A stretch of DNA of 20,000 nucleotides from an uncultured virus (IMG/VR IMGVR_UViG_3300027869_000007) (Duplodnaviria > Heunggongvirae > Uroviricota > Caudoviricetes): the IMG/VR virus record IMGVR_UViG_3300027869_000007. One strand, given 5' to 3'. Shown in pieces: positions 1 through 8,274 of this stretch (position 1 is its first letter; the number at the start of each line of letters is the position of its first letter). Made by a program: the position numbers and the translations under genes. Under the pieces are notes generated by a model. The model worked only from the letters and a program-made list of their open reading frames with translations. It was not told where the DNA came from and did no database searches.

Positions 1-7
1 AGCTAGA

Positions 8-1186
8 ATGAAGATTCAGCAAGGTACACTCCGTGACGCCGGAAACGGAAATGTCTACGACAAGGAAGGTGCGGATTCTGGTTTTATTCTTAGACATATG
101 ACTGAAGTCGAGAAGGCTGCGTTCGCAGCGGAAATTCCTAAGACTCGCGAGGAGTTCCTCAAGTTCGCACGCGAGGCAGGCGGATTTCCTACAGGCGCAC
201 TTGCCACCACGGAGGTACCTACAGTACCTCTTTCTATTGCAGCTATCAACCCAGCCGACGCACCGCCGGTTGATATGGTCGCTGCGGCGGCACCGCTGCC
301 ACCTGAAGTTATTGCAACCATCGAGGACGCTGAGATCAAGCAGCGAGCCGAAACTCATGCACAAATGTCTGCAGCGCGAGCAGCGGTAGATCCTAAGGAA
401 AAGAAGGGTAAGTGTTCGTTTGTAGGTACAGTTGTTCCTGTAACACAAAAGGAAGCAACAACTAGAAAGAAGAAGTGTCCTGTGTGTAATGCCGATTTTA
501 AGTTAAAGGACAAGGATTTTACAGAGGATTTTTCGAGCATTGTCGTGCCTAAGCATAAAAAGCCCGATCTAGAAGCGCATAGCGACGAGACATTGAAGGA
601 GTTTGAGGAGAAGGACTTGGGAGACGATATTAAAGCGTCTGGTACTGCTGTGGTGATTACTCCTCAGGTACCACTTACTCCTCAGGTACCACCGCCGTTG
701 CCTGCTGCAATGTATACGTGCCTGCCGCTAATAACGTCTAGTGATTCTACTATAATGCCTAGTGTTCCGTTCACGATTAGTGTACCAGAAGCAGCTTCTA
801 GTCCGCCTATTATCAATCCTCCTGTTTTTACTGATGTTTTAGTAGAAAAATCACCACCGATTGTTACTACTTCACCCGAAGAGAAGATTACACTTTATAT
901 TGACGTAGTCGTCGAGCGTGGCGAGACACCAACCAATCTAGACGACTATATTAACGATATGGTTAAGACTCTTGAGACCAGCGCTAAGCTATCTGATTTG
1001 AGATACGCACCTAGTAATCATGAACTGGGATTTGGACGCTGGCGTGGAAGTCTAGCAGCTTGTGTTAGATACGATCCGCCTAAGCCAGGCAAGTATCTGG
1101 TCTACGGTGTGAAGGAAAGCGAGATTAAGCAGGTGGTGGTAGAGGCGTTGGTGCCTTTGTGTGAGACTGTTTATAGGTCTAGGTAA
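8..1186 (+). CDS. Hypothetical phage protein with a Pro/Thr-rich linker and a CPVC Zn-ribbon-like motif; may begin upstream of the window
   Basis: 392-aa ORF whose frame is open back to the window edge. Contains KCSF...KKCPVC, an 18-bp tandem duplication (TPQVPL TPQVPP, about 658-693) and a globular-looking C-terminus. Confidence 0.7.
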   Translation: MKIQQGTLRDAGNGNVYDKEGADSGFILRHMTEVEKAAFAAEIPKTREEFLKFAREAGGFPTGALATTEVPTVPLSIAAINPADAPPVDMVAAAAPLPPEVIATIEDAEIKQRAETHAQMSAARAAVDPKEKKGKCSFVGTVVPVTQKEATTRKKKCPVCNADFKLKDKDFTEDFSSIVVPKHKKPDLEAHSDETLKEFEEKDLGDDIKASGTAVVITPQVPLTPQVPPPLPAAMYTCLPLITSSDSTIMPSVPFTISVPEAASSPPIINPPVFTDVLVEKSPPIVTTSPEEKITLYIDVVVERGETPTNLDDYINDMVKTLETSAKLSDLRYAPSNHELGFGRWRGSLAACVRYDPPKPGKYLVYGVKESEIKQVVVEALVPLCETVYRSR

Positions 1187-1194
1187 ACGTTATC

Positions 1195-1389
1195 TTGGAG
1201 CCCGCACCTCCAGTCTGTTGTGAAGACTCGACAGGAGAGTCTATGGTCTCCGACGATGACGGAGGCTGGGTATGTGTGTGGTGCGATAGGAGAATTTCGG
1301 ACGAAGAAGCTATGGACGAACGGCATGAACGGTATCTCAGGGGAGAAATAAACTACGATCAGCTCCATGGATTTAAACCTCTAAGTTAA
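1195..1389 (+). CDS. Small Cys-containing hypothetical protein (CC...CxxC)
   Basis: 64-aa ORF with a TTG start that fills the gap between neighbouring genes; VCC...CVWC could bind zinc. Confidence 0.5.
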   Translation: MEPAPPVCCEDSTGESMVSDDDGGWVCVWCDRRISDEEAMDERHERYLRGEINYDQLHGFKPLS

Positions 1390-1396
1390 GTAAAAA

Positions 1397-3430
1397 ATGA
1401 TACCTCTCCCTGATAACGAGCTTTCTCGTATTCTATCGCTTTCTCAGCGACCTCCGCTAAATTGCGAACGCGGTAAGGATAGAAAGTGGGCTCCTGAGGC
1501 ACAAGCTCTAATCAATGAAATGACAGCGAAGTTTACACGCGGTAAGAGAATATCTTGCGCGTGTAGAAATAGAGTAGTTAAAGCTATAGGAGGGGGTAGG
1601 CTATTAGTTTTTACTGAAGAAGGAAGGCCAGATAGACCTAGCCCTCCACCACTTCCGTTTGAAGTGTCAATGGAAGATTTTTGTCATGACGACTGGGAAT
1701 CTGCAGAGGAAGTAGGGAATCTAGCTGCAGGCCAAAGTATAAAGTTGCCTGGTCTTGGATATTCGTTTTGCATGACAGAACTTAACCCGGTGCAAGCGTG
1801 GGTGCTTAAAGAACTACCGTTGGCTGGTGGTATATTTGGTATGATTTCAGTCGGATCTGGTAAGAGCTTGTGCTCTATACTTGCACCTTTGGCTGTTGAT
1901 TGTCGTACTGCTGTATTGCTTGCTAAACCTACGCAAAGAATACACTATAAACGACACTACCTTCGCGCTCGTGAACATTTTAAAGTACCTTCTATGGTAT
2001 TCGATGATGATGGAGGTACTTCTTCTTATATAATTGGAGGCGTTCCTATATTGCACTTTATTCCTTATTCGCTGTTGTCTAATCCAAAATCTACTTTGCT
2101 TCTTGAGCAACTAAAGCCTGGTATGGTTGTTGCGGACGAGTGGCATCTTCTTGCAAATAGAGCAAGCAGCCGAACGCTCAGATTTTTGCGTTTTATGGCA
2201 AAGAACGGTGATGTAAAGCTGGCTGGGTGGTCTGGATCTACGATAAAAAAGACTATTCGTGATTGTAGTCATCTAGCCGCACATTCACTCGGACTTAAAT
2301 CCCCCTATCCTATTAAGCCTGACGACGTCGAGGCGTGGGCTTCGGTAATCGATCCGTCTCCGATACCTGACAGGAAGTCTACTACCGCTAGAGCGTTGCT
2401 CAAAGCGTTTGGGACGAATCAAAAGCTAAGCCCTCTATTTGAAGTAGGTCTTGGTGGTGATGCAGGTATTCGTGAAGGCCATAGAAATCGTGTAATTTCT
2501 ACCGTAGGAGTTGTATCTACGGTATCATCGTCAGTTACATGTTCAATTTCTATTCGTGAACGAAAAGCTCCTCCAATACCAGATGCTGTGAAGAAAGCTC
2601 TTGCAGGAATCCGCCAAGATGCGGTAAGACCAGACGGTGAAGAGCTTGTAGAAGCAGTTGAAATTATTACCTGTGCTAGGAATGCTGCAGCAGGATTTTA
2701 TGAACTATGGGTCTATCCGAGAGGAGAACCTGAAGAGCTGATCGAAAGATGGTTTGCTGCACGTAAAGCTTGGAATAAAGAGCTTAGAGTAAAGCTTAGG
2801 AACGGAGAACCGCATCTAGACTCGCCGTCATTGTGTGAAAAGGCTGCTGAAAGAGCTTGGCAGACGCCTAGATATGACGGTACGTTGCCTGTTTGGCCGG
2901 CTGAAAGTTGGATAGCGTGGCGAAATGTTAAGGATTTGGTAAAACCTGAGCCTAAGGTTAGATGGATTGATGACTATCTTGCACGCGATGCAGCACAGTG
3001 GGCTCTAGAGAACCAAGGCGGCATAGTTTGGTGTCAGTCTAGAGCGTTTGGATTAAAGGTTGCGCAACTGTCTAAGTTGCCCTATCATGCTGGAGGTCCG
3101 AACGCTGAGGCAAATATTTTGGCTGAGGACGGGTCTCGATCGATCGTTGCAAGTCTAGACGCGCATGGAGAGTCAAGAGACGGTCTTCAGTTTAGATTTT
3201 CGAAGCAGCTGATTGCCGAGCCACCGTCGTCTGGAGATAGATGGGAGCAAGCATTAGGACGACTAGCTCGTGAAGGACAAGAGGCTGAGACGATAGATAC
3301 AGATATCTACATTCATGTGGCAGAAAATAGGGATGCCTTTAGGAAGGCGTTGTCACTTGCTGAATTCATTGAAGCGACGACACCGAATAGGCAGTTGCTT
3401 TTAGCGGCAGATATAGAATTTTCGGTATAA
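1397..3430 (+). CDS. Superfamily 2 (DExH, SNF2-like) helicase
   Basis: Q-motif-like LNPVQ, Walker A ISVGSGKS, Walker B VVADEWH, motif III-like SGS and motif VI QALGRLAREGQ. Confidence 0.85.
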   Translation: MIPLPDNELSRILSLSQRPPLNCERGKDRKWAPEAQALINEMTAKFTRGKRISCACRNRVVKAIGGGRLLVFTEEGRPDRPSPPPLPFEVSMEDFCHDDWESAEEVGNLAAGQSIKLPGLGYSFCMTELNPVQAWVLKELPLAGGIFGMISVGSGKSLCSILAPLAVDCRTAVLLAKPTQRIHYKRHYLRAREHFKVPSMVFDDDGGTSSYIIGGVPILHFIPYSLLSNPKSTLLLEQLKPGMVVADEWHLLANRASSRTLRFLRFMAKNGDVKLAGWSGSTIKKTIRDCSHLAAHSLGLKSPYPIKPDDVEAWASVIDPSPIPDRKSTTARALLKAFGTNQKLSPLFEVGLGGDAGIREGHRNRVISTVGVVSTVSSSVTCSISIRERKAPPIPDAVKKALAGIRQDAVRPDGEELVEAVEIITCARNAAAGFYELWVYPRGEPEELIERWFAARKAWNKELRVKLRNGEPHLDSPSLCEKAAERAWQTPRYDGTLPVWPAESWIAWRNVKDLVKPEPKVRWIDDYLARDAAQWALENQGGIVWCQSRAFGLKVAQLSKLPYHAGGPNAEANILAEDGSRSIVASLDAHGESRDGLQFRFSKQLIAEPPSSGDRWEQALGRLAREGQEAETIDTDIYIHVAENRDAFRKALSLAEFIEATTPNRQLLLAADIEFSV

Positions 3431-3459
3431 GATGCGAAAAAGACTAGAGGATTGGAGCA

Positions 3460-3945
3460 ATGAAAAAGAAAAACCAAACAAAAAGACAAATCTTCAGCCA
3501 AAAGATGAAGGATTATAGAGAGTTCCTAGTCGAAGATTATGATTTTGACTGGGTATATATTCTTAAGTTGTTGATATTTAAGCTTTCTCGTACGCGTAAA
3601 CATATTGTTGGCCATAGTATAATCACAGACGCAAAGAAAGTTGGTAATCAAATCAAGCAAGTAGAAGATTTGCTTGACAGGGTTGTAAAGAACAAGTATT
3701 ACGAGGTCATCTCCAAGGATCACAAGAAAAAGTACGGGGAAATAAATTTACTGTGCGGAAAAGACGAATCTAAAAATTCAGGTACGATTGATTTTTCATA
3801 TCCTAAAGTTAAGACAGAAAAGGATAACGATAAGGCTATAAAGGAAAGCGAGTACCTCTTTATAAAAGCATATAAAATGCAAAGAGAAGACCTGAAGAAG
3901 GCTTTGGATTTGATGTACGAGAATTTGTTCGGATGGTGGGATTAG
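3460..3945 (+). CDS. Hypothetical Lys-rich protein
   Basis: 161-aa AT-rich ORF with GAGG/GGAG upstream, ending in WWD. Confidence 0.75.
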   Translation: MKKKNQTKRQIFSQKMKDYREFLVEDYDFDWVYILKLLIFKLSRTRKHIVGHSIITDAKKVGNQIKQVEDLLDRVVKNKYYEVISKDHKKKYGEINLLCGKDESKNSGTIDFSYPKVKTEKDNDKAIKESEYLFIKAYKMQREDLKKALDLMYENLFGWWD

Positions 3946-4163
3946 CCATAGACATCTGCAGCGTGGCCAGATGACACGCATGATCGCGAGCATGGTCAAG
4001 AATCAAACCCCGGACAGCTAGTAATAGCTGGATCTAAGTAAGAGGGGACTGTGAGAAAAAGGGCTCGCATACAGTAGGTAGCAGGTTCTCGCGACAGCAG
4101 GCGTCCCGGTTACAGCCTGCATGTACAGACCAAGCCGGGGCAGGACCGGCCAGGTGTCTTTGG
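3946..4163 (+). ncRNA. Candidate structured non-coding RNA upstream of rtcB
   Basis: The ends pair (3946-3958 with 4151-4163). Internal hairpins include CAGCTA-GTAA-TAGCTG and GCAGGC/GCCTGC, with several pseudoknot-type complementarities. No convincing + strand ORF is present. Confidence 0.6.
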
Positions 4164-4181
4164 TGTTAATTAGGAGGGACC

Positions 4182-5426
4182 ATGAGTATCGATACGTTAA
4201 GGGGGCAATCAGTCCCCATAAAACTGTGGACTCCTGTCGAGGAAGTCGAATCAAGTGCGCTTGATCAGCTAAAGAACGTCGCATCACTTCCATGGGTTTT
4301 TCATCACGTCGCTGCAATGAGCGATGTCCATTACGGAATAGGCGCAACAGTAGGCTCTGTAATTGCCATGAAAGGAGCGTTAGCTCCGGCAGCCGTTGGA
4401 GTTGATATTGGATGTGGTATGGCAGCTGTTCGTACTAATCTAACTGCCAGCGATCTTCCAGATAACCTAAAACCTATTAGACTCGAACTTGAGCGACGTA
4501 TTCCAGTAGGGCCAAATTCTCATGAAGAGTCTTTAGTCAAGCGTTCAAACCAGCTTTTCAAAGAGTTTGTCACTCTTCATCCTAAGGTCCAAGACCTAGA
4601 AGGGCGTGCGCGAAAGCAATGCGGCACGCTTGGTGGTGGAAACCATTTTATCGAGCTATGTCTAGACGATGGAAAGTGTTATGCGTGTTACGGCAGAGGG
4701 TGGGAACCTGATAATTTTCAATGTTCAGTGTGTCATGGTGAGAAAAAGCTAGAACCTCGGGTCTGGATGATGCTTCACTCAGGTTCTAGGAACATTGGTA
4801 AAGTTCTGGCCGAAATTCATATTGGTGTAGCACGAAAACTTATTCATAATACTATGTTGCCAGATCGTGATCTAGCTGTATTTCTATCTGGTACTCCAGA
4901 AATGGAAGCATATCGACGTGACTTATACTGGGCGCAGCAATATGCGTTTGAAAACAGAAAGATGATGCTTTCTATTTATGAAGACATCATGATCAAGTTC
5001 TTCCCTAAGGCGAAGTTTGACAGAGCCATTTCTTGTCACCACAACTACGTCTCAGAGGAAAATCACTTCGGCGAAGACGTCATTGTGACTCGCAAGGGAG
5101 CAATTAGTGCTAAGACAGGCGAGTTTGGGATAATTCCTGGGTCTATGGGGACAAAGTCTTATATTGTTCAAGGACTGGGGAACGACGAGTCTTTTAGATC
5201 TGCTTCACACGGAGCGGGGAGAAAGATGTCCCGAGGGAAGGCGAAGAATACTTTTTCGCTTGACGATTTTCTTGATCAGACGCAAGGTGTGGAGTGCAGG
5301 AAAAGCCAAGAATTCATAGACGAAATTCCAGGCGCGTACAAAGATATAGACAAGGTTATGGAATATCAAAGTGATTTGGTTAAGGTTAAAGCGGTGCTGA
5401 AGCAAGTTTTGTGTGTGAAGGGATAG
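4182..5426 (+). CDS. rtcB: RtcB family 3'-phosphate/5'-OH RNA ligase
   Basis: Motifs SDVHYGIGATVG, VGVDIGCGM, GTLGGGNHFIE, LHSGSR, CHHNY, RKGA, PGSMG, SASHGAGR and DEIPGAYK; RBS AGGAGG. Confidence 0.97.
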   Translation: MSIDTLRGQSVPIKLWTPVEEVESSALDQLKNVASLPWVFHHVAAMSDVHYGIGATVGSVIAMKGALAPAAVGVDIGCGMAAVRTNLTASDLPDNLKPIRLELERRIPVGPNSHEESLVKRSNQLFKEFVTLHPKVQDLEGRARKQCGTLGGGNHFIELCLDDGKCYACYGRGWEPDNFQCSVCHGEKKLEPRVWMMLHSGSRNIGKVLAEIHIGVARKLIHNTMLPDRDLAVFLSGTPEMEAYRRDLYWAQQYAFENRKMMLSIYEDIMIKFFPKAKFDRAISCHHNYVSEENHFGEDVIVTRKGAISAKTGEFGIIPGSMGTKSYIVQGLGNDESFRSASHGAGRKMSRGKAKNTFSLDDFLDQTQGVECRKSQEFIDEIPGAYKDIDKVMEYQSDLVKVKAVLKQVLCVKG

Positions 5427-5454
5427 AAAGATGCGAAAGCAGTAAGGAGGTTTT

Positions 5455-5934
5455 ATGTTGGAATTAAACGAAAAGGAATCTAAGCTTTTAAGCACGATGA
5501 AGGCTTCGAACGGACCTGTGACTATCGCCGACGCTGCAAACGAATGCTGGGGAGACAAGAGCAAGGAACAGGCACAATCGTGGGTAAGAAACTGTCTTAG
5601 GAAGCTTGTAACGCTAAAACTGGTAAATCAAGTAGGTCGTGGTACTTATGAAGTGTCAAGGCTTGTTAAGGTTCTATCTGAGGATAAGGACGTAGATAAA
5701 AAGGTAGACAAGAAAGCACGAAAAGAGCTGATAGCTAAGCGTGCCGAGGCGGTCAATAAAAGAGAAGAGGAAGTCGTGTATGAAGCGGAGGATACATTAT
5801 CGTTAGCAGATGACGAAGACGAGGATATGGACGAAGACGGGTGTCCTAATGACGATGACGAAGTGTACGATGATGATGATGAAGACGAAAATGAAGATGA
5901 AGACGACGACGAAGACGAACAAGAAGAGGATTGA
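5455..5934 (+). CDS. Winged-helix-like protein with a long Asp/Glu-rich C-terminal tail
   Basis: RBS AAGGAGG. The N-terminus has a wHTH pattern (VTIADAANECW...WVRNCLRKLVTLKLVNQVGRGTYEV) and the last ~45 aa are mostly D/E. Confidence 0.8.
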   Translation: MLELNEKESKLLSTMKASNGPVTIADAANECWGDKSKEQAQSWVRNCLRKLVTLKLVNQVGRGTYEVSRLVKVLSEDKDVDKKVDKKARKELIAKRAEAVNKREEEVVYEAEDTLSLADDEDEDMDEDGCPNDDDEVYDDDDEDENEDEDDDEDEQEED

Positions 5935-6110
5935 AACACAAGTTCACAGGAGCGCGACGCCGAGCGCAGGCGGAAGTAGTACCTTCATCTACAGCTCTTG
6001 ATAATAACAAAAACAGCAGGAGGTTCCTCGGATGTGATATAAACGAAAACGATTGCAACAAACAGGTTAACAAAAACCATGACAAAAGCACAAACTGGCA
6101 TGAAGTCTGA
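5931..6110 (+). pseudogene. Probable decayed N4/N6 DNA methyltransferase fragment
   Basis: PSAGGSSTFI in one frame and KNSRRFLGCDINEN in another resemble the split SAM-binding motif I region (DPFAGSGST...RRFIGCDI). Confidence 0.45.
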
Positions 6111-6139
6111 AAACGCAAACGTAGGAGAAATCTAAGAAA

Positions 6140-6985
6140 ATGGCAAATCTACCCCCTGAGCTAGCACAAGAAGTCGGTCGTTCTCGTTCCGCCGGAGGTG
6201 GGACCAACATCCAGCATGGAGATTACATCTTCATGATCAGGAAGTGTTTCTTCCAGAAGATTCAGCATGCGTGCGTTATCACCGAGCTTATGACTATCGA
6301 GGCTAAGGCTAAGCGAGTTTTCGAAGGCACCAAGGCCGTCGATCATGAGCCCAACCCGGTCGGTCAGGACTGTTCTAGCGTCATCGATTTCGACGGCAAG
6401 GGAGCAGCCTCGGCTAAGAACAATGTTCGTGACCTGGTTGTCGGACTCTTCGGTCTCGATAACAACGTAGCCGACGACATCGTCACTAAGACCTCAGCAG
6501 AGATGGTCTGCGACAACTCCCCGGCGATTGGTATGCTAATCTCCTGCTCCACCCACGCCAAGCCGATTAGGTCTAGGCCCGGCGATTTCATGACCGCCCT
6601 TCATTGGTCGTGCGTCGCTAAGCCTTTCACCGGCCTTAACGACGTAGCGTCGGTAAGGGCCCGCCTTGACGCTTTTGCACGAGGTGGTGCGGAGGCGTGT
6701 GTCAAGGTTGCTCTTGAGCAACTCCAGGCTGCTCGTAAGGCTGGAGCGACGATTGTGCCGCAGCAGGCACCGACTGAGTCTAGTTTCACGGCTCCGTCTT
6801 TGGTTTCTACGCCTGCTGTTCCTTCGGCTCCTTCGTTCCCTCCTGTTCTACAGGCAGATCCGGTAGCTGCAGCTCTTTCAGCAGGATGGCTACCGCATCC
6901 ACAAAACTCGGAATATCTCTATCATCCATCGTTGCCGCAAGGGCAGAATGTAAAGAAGAAGACCGAGTTTAACGGCGTTCAGTAG
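6140..6985 (+). CDS. Hypothetical protein, possibly a single-stranded DNA-binding protein
   Basis: RBS AGGAG, C-ending codon bias suggesting high expression, beta-rich N-terminus, Pro/Ala linker and a small C-terminal GWLPHPQNSEYLY module. Lies in the replication cluster; the function is inferred from context only. Confidence 0.6.
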   Translation: MANLPPELAQEVGRSRSAGGGTNIQHGDYIFMIRKCFFQKIQHACVITELMTIEAKAKRVFEGTKAVDHEPNPVGQDCSSVIDFDGKGAASAKNNVRDLVVGLFGLDNNVADDIVTKTSAEMVCDNSPAIGMLISCSTHAKPIRSRPGDFMTALHWSCVAKPFTGLNDVASVRARLDAFARGGAEACVKVALEQLQAARKAGATIVPQQAPTESSFTAPSLVSTPAVPSAPSFPPVLQADPVAAALSAGWLPHPQNSEYLYHPSLPQGQNVKKKTEFNGVQ

Positions 6986-6992
6986 CAGGTTT

Positions 6993-7055
6993 CCAGGGCG
7001 CGCTATCTTCAGGGTCCTCCTCCTTCCCTGTCGGTGGCGCGCCCTGGTCTTTTTT
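6993..7055 (+). terminator. Intrinsic terminator-like long hairpin
   Basis: CCAGGGCGCGC...GCGCGCCCTGG stem followed by TCTTTTTT. Confidence 0.75.
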
Positions 7056-8274
7056 GGAGGGAGCCTTGTTTCACTGGACCGACGAGCAGAACTACGCTCT
7101 AGACGCTATTGACAAGTGGTCATGCAGCGGAGAACCGTTTTTCTCTCTTACAGGTCCAGCAGGAACGGGAAAAAGTACACTACTTCGCGAGGTAGCTGCC
7201 AGGTTTACAGGAGCACATTTAGCAGCTATGACTGGAAAAGCTGCGCTTAGGCTTTCTCAATGTACTGGTCAGACGGCTACAACGCTTCATTCGGTTTTGT
7301 ATTATCCTCCTAAGCCTGGTGAGTCGGTTAAATTTACTCGTACCAGGGAGCCAGAATCGTCGATCTATACGGTAGATGAAAGCTCTATGCTAACACCTGT
7401 TATATTTAACGACATGAAAAAGTGGGCGAGACAGGGTGTTAAGTTTCTTCTTGTAGGTGATTCGTTTCAGCTTCCTCCCGTAATTACAGCCGAAGAAGCA
7501 CGTGAACACGGACAAGACTACAGCGTTTTCTGTTTCGTAAAAGGTGTCGAATTAAAGACTGTGTTGAGAAACGCTGGCGGTGTTCTTCGCGCCGCGACTA
7601 AGGTACGCGAAACAGGTCAAATTTGTCGTGAATCGGACGAAGGGTATGAGTATTTAGAGTGCAACTCGTCGATGGAAAAAGCTGTAGACGACTATTGCAA
7701 TGACATGCATGACCACTTGTTGATTACTTGGAGAAATGCCGTTCGAATGGCTGCTAATCGTATGGTGAGACAGCGACTTGGACATGAAGGAGAACTTCCA
7801 GATGAAGGAGAGCCGGTTCTAATTCGTAGAAACGGCGGTGGGTATCTAAACGGAGAAATTGTAATTTGTGGCGGATTTGAAGTAGGTCCTAAGCTTGGGT
7901 CGATGAACACTCTTTGGATGACGGTTAAAGGAAATTATAACAAGCTATTAGTATCTTATGAAGGCAAGGAAGAGTTTTTCGACGGACAAACGCCATGGAT
8001 TGAGAACTGGAAGAAATATCATATAGATTTGAATAAGGCATGCTTGAATGAGCCGGTACCAATCAGTTGGGGTTATGTTCTTACAGGCCATCAATGCCAG
8101 GGGTCACAAGCTAGAAGAACTACCGTTTTTCTACAAAACGGCGATGAGAGAAGTTCTAACTTTTTAAGGATGACTACACTGCCGTCAGGCGAAAAGGCAA
8201 GTACCATGTCCAGATGGTGCTATACCGCTCAGACGCGCTCAGTTGAGCGAACCACCATGATCGTGGGCAGATGA
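7054..8274 (+). CDS. RecD/Dda-like SF1B helicase (true start may be TTG 7066)
   Basis: Motifs TGPAGTGKST, VDESSM, LLVGDSFQLPPV, GYVLTGHQCQGSQ and YTAQTR. Confidence 0.9.
   Translation: MEGALFHWTDEQNYALDAIDKWSCSGEPFFSLTGPAGTGKSTLLREVAARFTGAHLAAMTGKAALRLSQCTGQTATTLHSVLYYPPKPGESVKFTRTREPESSIYTVDESSMLTPVIFNDMKKWARQGVKFLLVGDSFQLPPVITAEEAREHGQDYSVFCFVKGVELKTVLRNAGGVLRAATKVRETGQICRESDEGYEYLECNSSMEKAVDDYCNDMHDHLLITWRNAVRMAANRMVRQRLGHEGELPDEGEPVLIRRNGGGYLNGEIVICGGFEVGPKLGSMNTLWMTVKGNYNKLLVSYEGKEEFFDGQTPWIENWKKYHIDLNKACLNEPVPISWGYVLTGHQCQGSQARRTTVFLQNGDERSSNFLRMTTLPSGEKASTMSRWCYTAQTRSVERTTMIVGR

Noticed and set aside
3946..4163. RNase P, SRP, tmRNA or group I intron identity for the rtcB-upstream RNA
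   Set aside because: Their hallmark sequences (GAGGAAAGUCC, the SRP domain IV loop, tRNA-like ends, the P7 elements) were not found.
4018..4347. 109-aa minus-strand ORF over the rtcB leader
   Set aside because: It is antisense to rtcB and its structured upstream region, has no motif, and runs against the uniform + strand gene order.
5646..5939. Poly-Ser ORF on the minus strand
   Set aside because: It is the antisense shadow of the Asp/Glu tract.
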